Shown here one piece after another: positions 24,657 to 37,704 of a stretch of 64,000 nt of DNA. The notes beneath the pieces are model-generated. The model was not told the origin of the DNA. It saw only the letters and a program-made list of their open reading frames with translations, and made no database searches. A program made the position numbers and the translations under genes. The DNA is from Lingula anatina. Lineage: Eukaryota; Animalia; Brachiopoda. Every line of letters starts with the position of its first letter. The stretch's first letter is position 1. The stretch lies in the NCBI GenBank assembly GCA_051362555.1, contig CM120649.1:6014001-6078000 (forward strand), given 5' to 3'.

Positions 24657-25226
24657 CTATGGGAATAGAGCCTAAGTGTATCAAGTCCCCTATTTAGGTT
24701 ACCACATCACATACTGTGGAGATCAGTGTCAGTCTTATGCATCCCCTTCACATAAAACACACATTTTCCGCCCCATTTTGTCTTAATGTGTTTTCAGGCG
24801 AGAGACGCAGGTGGTAGGGCTGTGTAGCAGTTAATGACAAGTCGCAAGACAAATACCGGTAAGTTTCATTCGAATAGTAATAAACGGAATAGAAATAGCC
24901 GCTTTACTTTTAAAAAATGACCACCTGACACTTTCCATAGAAATCAGATACACGCCTGCCGTGTTCGTGTTAATATAAACCCGTGAATGCATTGTGAAGT
25001 CATACGGTAGCGACATCTCGTAAAGTGGCATATAAACTGACGTGATTCACGACCACAAGTATTAAGCTACTTCACTTGTATGATTCATACAGTGGGCTTT
25101 CCTTTTGAGTCCTAAATGTTTCTCGCATTTTCCTGGTTACATTAGAAGTGACAGGCGGCGTAGCACCGCATTTTTTCTTGTATGTGCTGTAATATCGTTC
25201 TATTGGTAGGTTTTGAGAAATGTGGC

Positions 25227-28200
25227 ATGATTTACAAAGCACATCTAGCAGTTGCTGTCTCAATAGTTTGTCAGGTAAGCACTCTTATTTATTTTATTTA
25301 CGTGTGTTTACGGTGTTTACTGCTGCGCAAAAAATGTACGTGGCATTGGTGTTTAACGCTGAAACTGGACTGGTTGAACAAATACATGTAGTTACAACAG
25401 AAGGGCTTACATATGTACCTTCTAAGCAAAGAAAAGTACGTTTAGGGGCCATATCCAACCAAATGTAAAAGTAGTTCATTCAGTAAATTTGTAGATTGAA
25501 TTCTGTAAAATGTATGGCGCTTAATTACCGGATATGATAGTTTCATGTATGACAAATGTGCTACAGGCCTATAATACTGTACCAGTGACAAGATGTCACG
25601 CAAAATAGAACTGTTACTACCAAATATAGCGTATACAGCAACCAAGGAAGTAAATATTACTTCCTTGATGAAACAAATTATGTATGCCGCTTTTGCCAGA
25701 TGACAAACCATGTACACTGTAATAGAAGGCAGTATAAAATCGTATAAGCATGTCATATAAGCTCCCAGCGCTTGCTTCACTTCCGGTTTAGCTACATGTA
25801 GACCAAGCAGGCTGTTCGTGCATTTTAGCGGAGAAGTTTTAAAAAGTATCGTGTTTTTAACTGGCAACATATCACCCTTTAAAACGTTATAGGTTTAATT
25901 TGAATAGATAGTATATTATGATATATACTGTACACAGACAAACGGCCCTTTCCATGAGAAAGGAATCGGTTGTTGCAGACCCGTAGCCAGCAATTTCAAA
26001 AGGGGGGTTCTTTTTCTGAAAAAGCGGACCTTTTGCCATAAAACCTTCATGTACCTAGATCAAATTTTACCCAGAGTGGACCTTTTCCTAGCAAAAGGGG
26101 CGGTTCTTTCGAACCCCCCGACCCCCCCTGGCTATGGGCCTGTGTTGCTTGACATGTCTTCAAATATTGACAAAATTTGGAAATATCTGTTGGGTTGCAT
26201 GTTATTTTGTGATGCGTGTATTTCTATTTGACGGCCAGTTTGGTCAAGTTGCTGCTCTTGACGTCACGTACAACGCGTCTATATATTTTAGGTGCTCTCC
26301 TACTCCTTTGAGGACAGTTTCCGTTGGAAACCTGCAGAACACAGGAGGAAGAGAAAAATAATTGATTTTAAGGACAAAGACAAACGACTGTGGTCCATGC
26401 CAGTTCCTTATGCTTTCTCTACAAATTTCACAGGTGATCCTTTTTTTATTCTTTTTTTAAGAAATCTGTCTGGAGTGGACATGATTATAAAGCAATTGTA
26501 TAAATGAGTATTTATTTTAACAGATAAAAGTTTATAAGCATTATTGAACAGGTGTCATTATCATTTTATACTATAACCCAGCAAACGTTACGTTGCAGCC
26601 GAAAGTGACAGAAAAATAGTCCGTGCTGCCATCAGTGAGTGGGAACTAGAGACGTGTGTGAAGTTCCGGGAGGTGGAAGACCAAGAGGAATACGAAAGGA
26701 CGACAGTTGTTCTTGTTAAACCGCAAGATTCTAGTTTGTAAGCTCCAGTGAATATTTTACGACTTTTTGTTAAAGCTGACCATAAAAAAGATTTAAGTTC
26801 GTCAGCTTTAGTGGCAAGTTCACAAATTTTGCCAAAGCTAAAGAAAATATTAAAAAAAAAAATAATAAAAAACATGCACACTGCCTTCCCTTTTCTAGAC
26901 CCGCCTTAAAATTAAAATGACAAGTGGAAGCATCCTCTCTACATACCGCGGACGTCGATATCGCATATATATTATAGTGCTACTGTTTATTACATTTTTC
27001 CTACATATAACGTATTCAGATGTGGTGTAGGGGCCGGCAGAATCTACATTTTCACAGGGAACCGTCAGGTCCTGTTCCTGGGACATCGCTGTTTAACGGT
27101 AGTACTAGTATATATTCTTTAATTTAGAGGCAATTAATTCGATCACAACTGTAAAAATATTGAACATTCTTTAAAAAATAGACATACTGCATGGGAATCA
27201 TGATTTCACACCGAAATACTGTAAATGTACAGTGATTGTGCGTGTGCGTTAAATACAGCTTCAGTTTCAATTTTGCATGTTGGGTCGCTTTCACTTTCAC
27301 TTTTATACTTAGCTCCTATCCAAACTAAATACCACCAGGACTAGAAAATACCAAGATACCAATTTCCACACATTCCTTGCAGGTCCAGACGGTAGCCCAT
27401 GAGTTCGGCCACGTTCTAGGTCTATACCATGAGCACGCACGACCCGACAGGGACCGGTACATTGACATCATATGGTCGAATTTGACGAACTTTGAAAGCA
27501 CGAAAAAACAGTTTTCTAAAAAGCCAGAAGGATCCATCACCACGCTGGGGTTTCCTTATGATGTTGCATCTCTAATGCATTATGGTCCTCATGTAAGTTA
27601 CTGCAACAGAGCATTAAAGGTATTCCGCTAGCATTTGGAAGTGTCCCACATTAAGCCAAAACTTCCCATCTTGTCCATTTCAGACCTTATAACGACAAGA
27701 TCTCCACGTTAAAGTGTATTTGAAACATACCTGATGTCGATATTTCCTTTTAAACTTGAGAATCTAAATGCTTAAAAGCTTAGTGTAGAATCATTTCAGA
27801 TCTATGGGAAGACGTGGGATTCTGTGACAATACGTGCCAAAGATCCGCTCCTGCAGTTGAGTATAGGTGCCGCCACCGACACCACCATCCAGTTTTATGA
27901 CGCTAAAACTGTGAACTATTTCTATTGTAACGGTGAGTGAAACAGTCTTTCGGCATGTTTAGAGACAGTAACGGGGTTAGAATCTTTGGTATAAGATATT
28001 TTTGCTATGCTTAGTCGATTTTTTTTTTTTTTTTGGAAAGGGGGAGCCTCAAGCATAATAAGTTAGTGAATTTAACGCAAAACTAAAATCAGGGACATTA
28101 AATAAAACGGAGACCAAATTAAATTAAAAGTAAATAAATAAATTAATAAATGAAGTTAAATCTGTCAGAGACCTTGCAGAGTCTACTTTTTCACTTAATT

Positions 28201-30445
28201 TTTATAAATTGAAAGTTTGTCTTTGCGTAAAGTGTAGATGTATTGGGCTCACTTGTGCCAGGATAAATATAAAGTGACGTGACGTGTTTTCATAGAAACA
28301 TTTGGCCACTGCCTACTACACTTCTGTTAATGAAAACATTGATATTGATCCACACTTTTATTCGCAGATTCGTACTTATGAGGTAGGTTTAAAAACTTGC
28401 TGCTAAGGCTTTAAAAAATCAAATGTAACAACATGTGGTAAAAGTGGTTAAAGGCGTTCGCGTTTCAGAGGGTAAGACAGTAAGCAGTTTGTAACTGTGA
28501 GTGTGAAATGTTTTAAAGTACCAAAATATTCAACAGTTTCCAAATTGTCATGTAGACACCTGCCGCAACAGCGTGATGAACCTTCAGTGCCAACATGGTG
28601 GATATCCCGACCCGAAATCTTGTCACCGATGTCGGTGTCCCCAAGGCTTTAGCGGTGATCTCTGTGAATGGCACGAGCGATACACTGGAGGTAAATATAG
28701 CTGCTTAAAAAGTGATATTTATCAATCAATCAGGTAAAAAACGAATCAGTACCTACGGTTTTTTAACATAAATCTTTTTTGTCCTTTGTTTTTCTTTTGT
28801 TCGTCCATCATCTGTTTTTATACAAATAGGCCCATACCACTTCATAATTTCATCTAAAACACAGGTTACAAAATGCTGCTTCATTAATTATACTATAATT
28901 ATTGATTTTCCTTCCATCCATCCCATTCGCAGTTGATCTTTCAAAAATCGGTTAACCATTCAGATGTCTGAATAATAGATATATTTAGCCATCCAGATCA
29001 GCTCCCATGCTTGTTTTCGCAATTGATAATTACAGACGTTCCTATGAAACACGTTTAAGCTATATGTATTACACAAAGTTAAACAGCTACAACACAGGGT
29101 TACTTAAATTACAAAAAGAGCTATTTGTAGGAAAAGACGATACTTTTTTGTGTAATACAAGAGTTCTTTGTCTTTCAGCTGATCCCTGCGGCGGGGTTAT
29201 TCCTGCAGAAAGCTTCAACCAATCAATATATTCGCCCAACTATATCAACGAATTTGAACATTTTTCATACAAAAAGGGCCAGACTTGTAACTGGCTTATA
29301 AAGGTAATGTGCGAAAAAATGAAGGGTGCACCTCGGGGGAAAAAAAAGAATCTTGCAGTGTCCTGTGTTATCTTTCATTCTTCACTTAATGTATAGCAAA
29401 TAATTGAAGAACACGGGCGGTGATTTATGTCGTGAAATTATCGACTTTTTCAATTTCAATTTTTTTTTTGCAGTGACTAGGCTACTACCTGTAGGTGTAC
29501 AGGTACCTACCTCTGGTACTGTAAATGTACTCCATCCTTAAATATAATGCTATTGCATTTTTTTCCGTCATTTTATTTTTCAAGGCACCACATGACAAAT
29601 TGATCGCTGTAAGATTTACAGGGGCGCGTTTTGGGTTTCCTTGCACGACGTACCCATATGTGACATGTGACGATTACGTAGAGGTGAGGTACGGGGACGA
29701 CATTGGCGTAACAGGGGCAAGGTGAGAATACCGGTGTACGAATTGTTTGGAGTGTTTTTGGGGGGGGGGGGGGGGGGTGATGGGGGAGGGGGGGATTAAT
29801 GTAGGGCAAATACATGTAGTTTTGTTCTGTTTTGGAAAAAGTCGACTCTGTGGATGTACAGGTCACTGTGCTCTTCTTCTGAGATGTAGTCTGGGTTGAG
29901 AAATGTACGATAGGCCCCTATGTAGGCCGCTAGCAGTAAATGTTGCGCTTATGTTTGAAAATTTCACGGAACACTTTGGAATGGCTCATATTTAAGCCAT
30001 GTAGTTTAACATTAATGTAGTTTAACATTAATCAGATGTACTGTATATGTACAATTACATGAAGTTAAGATCATCTTTTTAAGCCAATTTCAAATTTTTT
30101 TTAAATCGCGTAAATTGTGCACAGGTTTGGATATACCGTACATGTACATTGTAGATCAAGTGCATAACTTGGCATTATGTAACCGTATTTCTTTGCCTTT
30201 CCAGATTTTGCTGCAAAGAAAGGCCGAACGTCACAATTATTTCGTCCAGCAACGAAGTTTTGATCCTGCTGAGATCAACACGCAAAGAACATGCTGGAAG
30301 CGGGGAGAGATTTGGATTCCGTCTAAACTACTGGACGGTGAATCTGATGAACAAAAATGGTACAAAATCGTGTTCAATTCAGTTGCTTTCAGTTAATACG
30401 CTTTACCTGTTTTTCACTTTTGTATGGGTGGTAGAATGGTTTTAG
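25227..30445 (+). CDS. Astacin-family zinc metalloprotease (M12A), astacin-EGF-CUB, SpAN/BP10-like, ~462 aa. Exons: 25227-25274, 26292-26433, 26599-26737, 27020-27098, 27383-27592, 27800-27932, 28556-28690, 29179-29303, 29585-29721, 30205-30445
   Basis: Zinc motif HEFGHVLGLYHEHARPDRD, Met-turn SLMHYG, EGF CQHGGYPDPKSCHRCRCPQGFSGDLC and CUB CGG..IYSPNY..CNWLIKAP..CDDYVEVR..RFC. Signal peptide MIYKAHLAVAVSIVCQVLS and furin site RRKR. Exon phases are consistent (1389 nt). Confidence 0.9.
25975..26142. mobile_element. MITE family B, second copy (astacin intron 1)
   Basis: cagacccgtagcc...ggctatgggcctg termini; homologous to 24262-24441. Confidence 0.72.
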
Positions 30446-31245
30446 AATGTGTACTTAATGTATTTTCTTAAACAAACCAAAGCGAAAGTGAGTAAACCAC
30501 TCAGCATTGTTTTTTATTTAAAAGATGCTTCCTAATATCACTTACAGTGTTGCCTTTGGGCTGCTTTAAAGTGAAGTGGTTTTATGATATATAAACTTTT
30601 TTGTTTTGGTAGTTGCTTCACTCAATTGTTATGTAATTTACTTATTTTTTCAATAAATGACTTAACCAATAAAAATAGAATGAAAGTGAACATGATAACA
30701 AATATAAAGATTAAACAAACAAAATTTTAATGACATACAATATACAGAAATGGTTTTTAAATAACAGAGTTCACCTAAAAACCACTTTAACTGTTACAGT
30801 AAACAGTGCTATGTACATAATGTTACAAATTATTATACCGTGTATGAAGTACTGTTATAAGACCCATTTGACTCAAGTGTATTATTCATTCTTGCTTTTA
30901 AGAGTCTAGATACTTCAATTAAATCCATTATAAAAATATGAACCAACTAAAAAATTCTGTGCAAAAATAAATAAAATAAATAAATAAGTAAATCCCATTT
31001 AAATAAGTTGATGGCTTACAACAGGACCAGAAGTAAATTTTGGAGGGATTCATCTGTCCACCTGTATGTTTTGGTGTCTTCACCATCTGCGATGCACAGC
31101 AACTGTAATAGCATCCTTCATTATAAATGAAGTCTATGGAATAGTTCAGTGTCTATATTCAGAGTTAATAGTTGGAAAGAGATGTCCAGAGTCTTTCAGC
31201 ACACTTTTGTGTAAGTCTTTGTTTATTACAAAATGAGTTTCATCA

Positions 31246-34200
31246 TCAACGGTCAAGGATCTTGAAAAAATATTCCACCTGAAAATAAAATAAAAACAAC
31301 ATTTTTAAGTAAATGATTTTACACGTAAGCCATTTAACCAACAACCTTGTGATGATTCATAAGTTTACATGGCATCTGAAAGATATACATTTATGAAGCA
31401 AACACTCGTCCCCCTCTCCCCAATTATTTTTGACACTGTAAATTCAAATAAACTGCATACAAGATAATTCAAAGGTAGTTTTCAATACCAGTCAACTCAA
31501 CTCAACTACCCTGGGGTAGCCATTTGGCACTATTATATAATAGTTGTAGTTATAAATGCATATATAACAGAAAGTGTATCAAACTTTACCTCTAGTAGTG
31601 CATCCTCAGGGAGATCTGTGCAGTGGATGGCATTCTGGACTTTGTCACGCCCATACATGGCTCTCAGGGTGCGCGGACGTAAGTGACGTGCTATCTCCTG
31701 TTATAAACAAATACTTTATTGTAATTGTCTATCTACCTAATATAAAACTGTAATATATTATTGTTTATGGATTTAATTGGTGCATTTTTTTGTATGGTAA
31801 TCTATAGATGCTTATTTAAATACTTTCATTTGTTTGTCCAAGCATTTCTTCTTCAATTTTGTCTAAATTTAAATTTTCATTCACATTTTATCCATGTTGT
31901 ACATATTTCATGCTAGTGCTCAACAACATACAAAGGATATATAAATCTTGTCACAAGGAATGTAAATAAAATGTGATTGTTATCCATAAAATACATAAAA
32001 AGGGGAATTTGCCAAAATATAACCTTATCACAATAAAATGTGTATATACAATGCACTATTTTGCAATCTATATTAAATATTGATAAAACTGGCAGATCTA
32101 CAAAATATAAGGGAGATGGCAATTAAACAAAAAATTAATAAATAAATAATGAAAACTTACTGGATCTGCTGGTCCACACATCTCTCTGAACTGGTGGTGA
32201 GCATTCTGGGCTCTGATCTCTAAAGCTATACATGGCCCTGATGTCAGCTCATCCACCATACTGCTGTACTCTTGTACAACACCTGTATAATATACATGTA
32301 CCATGATGAGATGTTTACAGTTCTGTGGTGTGCTTTGTGTATTGTTCAATAAATTTTAACATAAATAAATTTATCAGCTCGTCCACATTGGCTAAAACTA
32401 ACCTTTTCTAACATTTTCCTCTATATTTCATTCTTTTTATTATTATTATTTTTGCAATCCAAATAGCTAAATCAATTACTTGTATCAGAAAAAAAATAAA
32501 TATTGACAAAAAATCTTAAAGGCTATTTTCTCTTCTATTTTTCTCCTTGCCATATTGAGCAGAAAGACCGTCTGGTACTTCAACGTACCTTTATAAACTT
32601 CATAGAACTCTTCAGCGTTGGCTCTCTCCATGTGGAACATTGCTATGGCAGAGATTTCAAACCCTGTGTCAAGAATCTTGTTGATGATCTGACCAGCTAC
32701 TCCTGAGGATGGTAAATGGAAACAGTAACAATCAGTCAGTAATATAGCAATTACAACGAAAAGTGGTACAGAATGAAATCATATGGCGGTGGAATGTAAA
32801 GCATGAATTCAATTACTTCTCTTTTAAATATCTTCATTAACTAATTGAAATGTTTAAATAATCAAATAAGACCTAAGGGTTTTAAGTAAAAAAGTAGTAA
32901 ATAAAATCATTTTAAAAAAATTACAGTGGTGAAACACTATTCAAATCTTTAAAAAGCAACAAAAATGCTGCTTGCATTAAAGTATACCCAATAAACAAAC
33001 TAAAATATAATCTCATAGTTTTAACACTGAAAACATACTTACAAAAAAGGTAATACATACCTGAGAGCACAGCATGTGGCTTGATCACGCCACACGTGCA
33101 GTCCGAGAACACGGCGGTGTTCCTCCTGCCTGCGCTGCCAGCTGGGAAGAAGAACTCGAGCTCCCTGGCTGCAGACGCCGCAGAGTCTGACCCGTGACAT
33201 GCATTCTGTGTCTTGTCTGAAAATAATTTTTAAAAAATTGTTAAGTCAAATTTCTGTAAGTTTTGGTAATAAGAAGGAATTCTTGACAGTCATCAATTTA
33301 GAGTATCCAAATGCAAATTCTTCAATAACTGAATATTTCTGGTGATAAAATACTTTCATTATTTGACACCATTTAATGTCAAATGTTTGACAAGCGAAAG
33401 GGGGTGAGGGTTTTCGGGTGCATCAACACAACACCCAAATAGCCATATTTCCATATAAATTCAGCAGACTTTCACCAGTATTAATGGTACGCACCTGTGC
33501 CGAACCTAGCCCTGATACTGTAGGGTGCCTCACTCCTGGCCTCGGCAGAGTCAGTGGGTCCCAAGAGGTTCCTCCACTTCTCCACAGCATTCTCTCCCAT
33601 CAGTTCAAAGGCCATCACAGGCCCACTGGTGATGTACTGGATCAGGGTGCTGGGATAATAATAATAATAATAAAAATAATAATAATGCGAGTGAATTTGT
33701 GCTGCATGTAAAATATTGATAATTGAACAGATTTGAATTAAAAGATAACATCATTGTGAATCATGAATAAAAATGTTTTGAAATTCAGGTTTTTGTTGTG
33801 AGTAATACTATGTCAAAATATGTAGGACATTCGTAGTTGAGAAGTAGGTTAGGTCCTCTATCATCAAGTGGTACAGTTATCTGCCCTGCACCAAGAACAC
33901 ATATATATCAATTACACTACATGGGGTTTAATCCAGTTAGGTTACATTCAGAACAGATGATCCTTGGATCTACTTTTCCACAGATCAAATATGACGGACC
34001 CTACACAAGACCTCCTAATCCTTTAATTTTCTTCCCGCTTCAACACAGACTAGAATTCGGCTTGGAGGTTTAATTGCTAAGCCCCAGCAGGGCTCCTACA
34101 TAATTTGCCAGGCTATGAAGTTTTCAATCTATCAAAGTGGACTGGTACAGAAAAGAGTGCCACTTGTTGGGAAAAGGGCCAAAAATACTGGCACTGCAGT

Positions 34201-36489
34201 CTCTTGGTGGTGTATCAGCAGCATATTATAAACCACTGCTTTTGAATTCCAACTGTTTCTGAACATTTCATACAAAATATACAGGGGCAGATCCAGAGCT
34301 ATTTTCTGACAGTCTTCCAAATTATCTTTGTTGATCCATCCTCCATTTTTTGACCATCTTCCGACAGAAAAAAATTGTAAAAAATGTAAACTTGAAAACC
34401 TGATCGTCTTCTGAAAGACCCAGAAGACAGCCTCAATCCGCCCCTGATATATCAACTTTCTGTACTCTCTTTTGTGCACTAAAAGAGGTAGGGATCTTTC
34501 AAATGGAGGCAAATATATATACATTTGTAAAAAAGCTTGCTTAATATCAAATACTCTCGGTTGAGCTGAATGAGCAGAAAAAGTTAAGTTGGTGCTGGTC
34601 TTTCAGGGGAAAATAGTGATCAACAGAGTTGCTTTTTTTATCTTGTAAGAAATTACAGAGCTTGCCTCAAATTAAGAAATTAAAAGTTCAGACTTACTTG
34701 AAAAACATTTTACTTTGGTGTTCCTGATAGAATTCCAATGCCTCATTTCTGGAGAGTGAAATTTTCTTCATCTTTGTGATGAGAAAGCCATTCTTGAAAA
34801 TCAGGTCTAGAATTTCTCCCATCTTCTTCATAGAGTCTGGTTTGATCATACCTAATGTTCTGAAACATTCAGGAAATCACCTTTATTCTATGTGTTTACT
34901 AGTAAGTATATATATAAATAGATTATAACTAAATTGTATACCTTGTTTGTTTTTTTTACCTAATTTTCCTGTCTGAAGTCATGGATTTTTTATTTGTTTC
35001 TCAGATGAAAATATCATTCCAATTTTAATTGCCAAAATTCTAATTATTCTTCAAAGTAAAATGTCAAACTAAAACTAAATATTGGAAAATTTCAACTGGC
35101 AATCAAACCAGTAGTAGGATTGATCTGAAACATTATCTTCAGCAGTTTATAAACAAGGCCAAATAAGTAAGGAAAGAGGCAAGTAGACATAATACTATAA
35201 TTGTACAAAGACTGTCATAGAACCAGCAATATGTCATGGTTAAAGATTAGCTTTAACATGAAACAAACAAACATACAAACCTCTCTTTCTTACTGCTCAG
35301 CTTCTTCCTGGTGTATTCGTCCCCATAGTCCACAAAGTTCAGCTGTCTGGCATGGACATTTATTGTGCTGCCGATGTACAGTTCGTTTAATGTGATTTGT
35401 TCCGATTTTGTTCTTTTGAGGAAGTGCCTTCTGTTTTTTAAATCAAACTGGAAATCAAAAGACAATATTTCAAATGAACATTTGCTTCATGGACCATTCT
35501 GAAAGACATGTACCTTTTGAACCAGGTGCAATGTAAATGTACCAGGTACAGAACTTTCGTACCATCACATGTTTTATTCTTGTTTAAATACTAATTACTT
35601 CAACATGTCCTGGTATTCCTGCGAACACACTAATACTTGTGCAGTGGTTCCATAACTTTAGTTATTGCTTACACTTTTAATAATCTATTTCTGATAGATG
35701 ATCAAAATTCTGGGACTCACCATTTCAATTGTATTGTCCTTTGGATAATACAGAAACTGGTACCTCCTGATAAGAGCAGCATTGGGATCATACCACTCTG
35801 CGATAAATGCATACCTTTCATCTTGAGTAGACTGGAATAAGAATTATTATGGGGCCGTAGCGATAGTCCGAAGGTTCAATAGTCCGAAGGTTCATTGGTC
35901 CGAATGTTCACTATAGAACCTTCGGACCAATGAACCCTTGATTAAAAAATCGATAAAAATGTTACCACTTTTCGGACCAATGAACCTTCGGACCAATGAA
36001 CCTTCGGACTATCGAGACGCCCCCATTATTATAACCATATCAAATATTTTCACTGGGTGGCTGCAGGCAAACCAAATCCTACCCCTCCTCCTCCTCCTCA
36101 TAATAATAATAATAATAATAATAACTACATTTCTATCTCTGTCATCCAAAGACTCAATCAAACTCAGTAATGGTATGTGATGTTACCACCTGTCTGCAGC
36201 AATCAAATATTGAATTCGACACCGGTTTTTACACAAATGGATTTAAAAAAGATATAATTTCCATCAAATAATTTTAAAAAATTAGATGAAATATGTAATA
36301 ATTCAGTTAATATCTTAATTTGAATGCAAGGTAAGGGGGACTGTATCCTCACGCAGGTTTTTGTTTCGGAGATGAACTATAGGTTTTCTAAGGCCCAGTG
36401 ACTATTACCTCGATAAGAGCATGAATTGCTGGTGTCTACTACCAGCACTACCCACAGTTACTACATGTAGAGTAATACTAGTAAGTGCA

Positions 36490-36538
<49 letters not shown>

Positions 36539-36620
36539 AGAGAGAGAGAGAGAGGATTTCATTAGGAAATTCCATTGAAAACGAGTAAATAAACTTCCCT
36601 AGAAGTGCTTAACTCACCAT
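31246..36620 (-). CDS. NME7: Nucleoside diphosphate kinase 7 (DM10 + two NDPK domains), 376 aa. Exons: 36618-36620, 35721-35831, 35281-35447, 34698-34859, 33495-33649, 33061-33216, 32589-32702, 32161-32282, 31590-31697, 31246-31278
   Basis: ERYAFIAEWYDPNAALIRRYQFLYYPKDNTIEMFDLKNRR (DM10), TLGMIKPD, NACHGSDS, CGVIKPHAV, NAIHCTDLPED, VEYFFKILD*. The first coding exon is the ATG alone. Joined length 1131 nt. Confidence 0.95.
34221..34446. mobile_element. MITE family C (CAGGGGC...GCCCCTG) in NME7 intron; second copy at ~47930-48097
   Basis: Near-identical caggggc.gatccagagctattttctgacagtctt...gcctcaatc.gcccctg at both loci. Confidence 0.8.
35851..36024. mobile_element. Foldback MITE built from 15-bp subrepeats, with 8-bp TSD, in NME7 intron 1
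   Basis: Left arm (atagtccgaaggttc)n, right arm (gaaccttcggaccaat)n, GGGG...CCCC termini, and ATTATTAT on both sides (35843-35850, 36025-36032). Confidence 0.8.
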
Positions 36621-37070
36621 CGTTTATGTAGTCTTTTGATCCCAATTCAAATGTCGATAATTAGTAGAGAACTAGGAATTGCTGTGAATTCAGAAACCGC
36701 TAAGGCAGAGTTGTTGTTGGCAACAAAAATCCCGAACGACTTTGTGTCCTCTTTTCTTATTGGCTAAATCTAGTCAGCTGACTCATAAAGCTCAACTTCC
36801 TTTAATTTGAAAAGGTGAAGGTCAGACAAATCAAGAAAAACTTTTTGAGATACGATTATAGTGTTGGTTTATGAATTTGAAGGATATTATTACACATTAC
36901 CTATTGAATTTTACAATATCTCCTTTGTTATATTGACACGGAAGAATTATGTTTTGAGAATAACCTATTGTTCCCGCCATCTGTCGGCAACATTGTTCAC
37001 CATGGAGGAAGTAACGCCGAACCATCACATATTTTTCATTTAATTACTGAAAATCATTGGTAGGTATTAT
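36621..37070. promoter_or_regulatory. Probable bidirectional promoter region of NME7/BLZF1
   Basis: Divergent genes. RFX X-box-like GTTGTTGTTGGCAAC (~36710-36724) and CCAAT (attgg ~36758) upstream of the ciliary gene NME7; ccgccatct (YY1-like) ~36974. Confidence 0.55.
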
Positions 37071-37704
37071 TTAAATACGAATGGCTACTTATATCTTACG
37101 ACACAGAAGTTTATACTGAGGGAATCAAAATAAGTTGGTTGGTTAGACCTGTATTATTTGAACACAAGTCTTGCATTACTGTTTTCAGAAACTCGAGAGT
37201 TGCGTGTCAGCTATCATCAGTCGAAGTAAGATAAATGTGTCACTGAATCTTCTAAGTGTCGTGATTAGACGGGATATATAATTTACATATACAGTAGCTC
37301 TGCGAAGGCTCCTTTAACGTGTTATGAAAACTTAAGTGACTGATGCATTTAAGCTAGCACGAAAATTCATGCGTTAGCACTCCTGTTGACGATTCTGATA
37401 TGTACTGGCTGTGCTAACGCGTGCTACATTAAAGCCTCCAGGTGAAATTTAATTATCGAATTTCTCAAATCGGCTAACAATTACTGGACCATTTATGAAA
37501 AGAACATTTGGTCTGAGGATAGAAAACCTTGTTCTTATTGCATATGATGTGATAACATAATTTTAACCATTAATGTCAGTACATGATACTACATGTACTG
37601 TAGCTATGTAATTATGACAAGTCCTTATGTAGCATAGGGTAAACTGTATCAACAATTTATAAACTCTAGTGATAAATCTCAGATTTTTTTTCAGTATTGC
37701 AATT

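Noticed and set aside
35851-36024. CRISPR-like short repeats (also 60878-61185 and 62328-62460)
   Set aside because: Eukaryotic context, no unique spacers and no cas genes; these are subterminal repeats of MITE-like elements.
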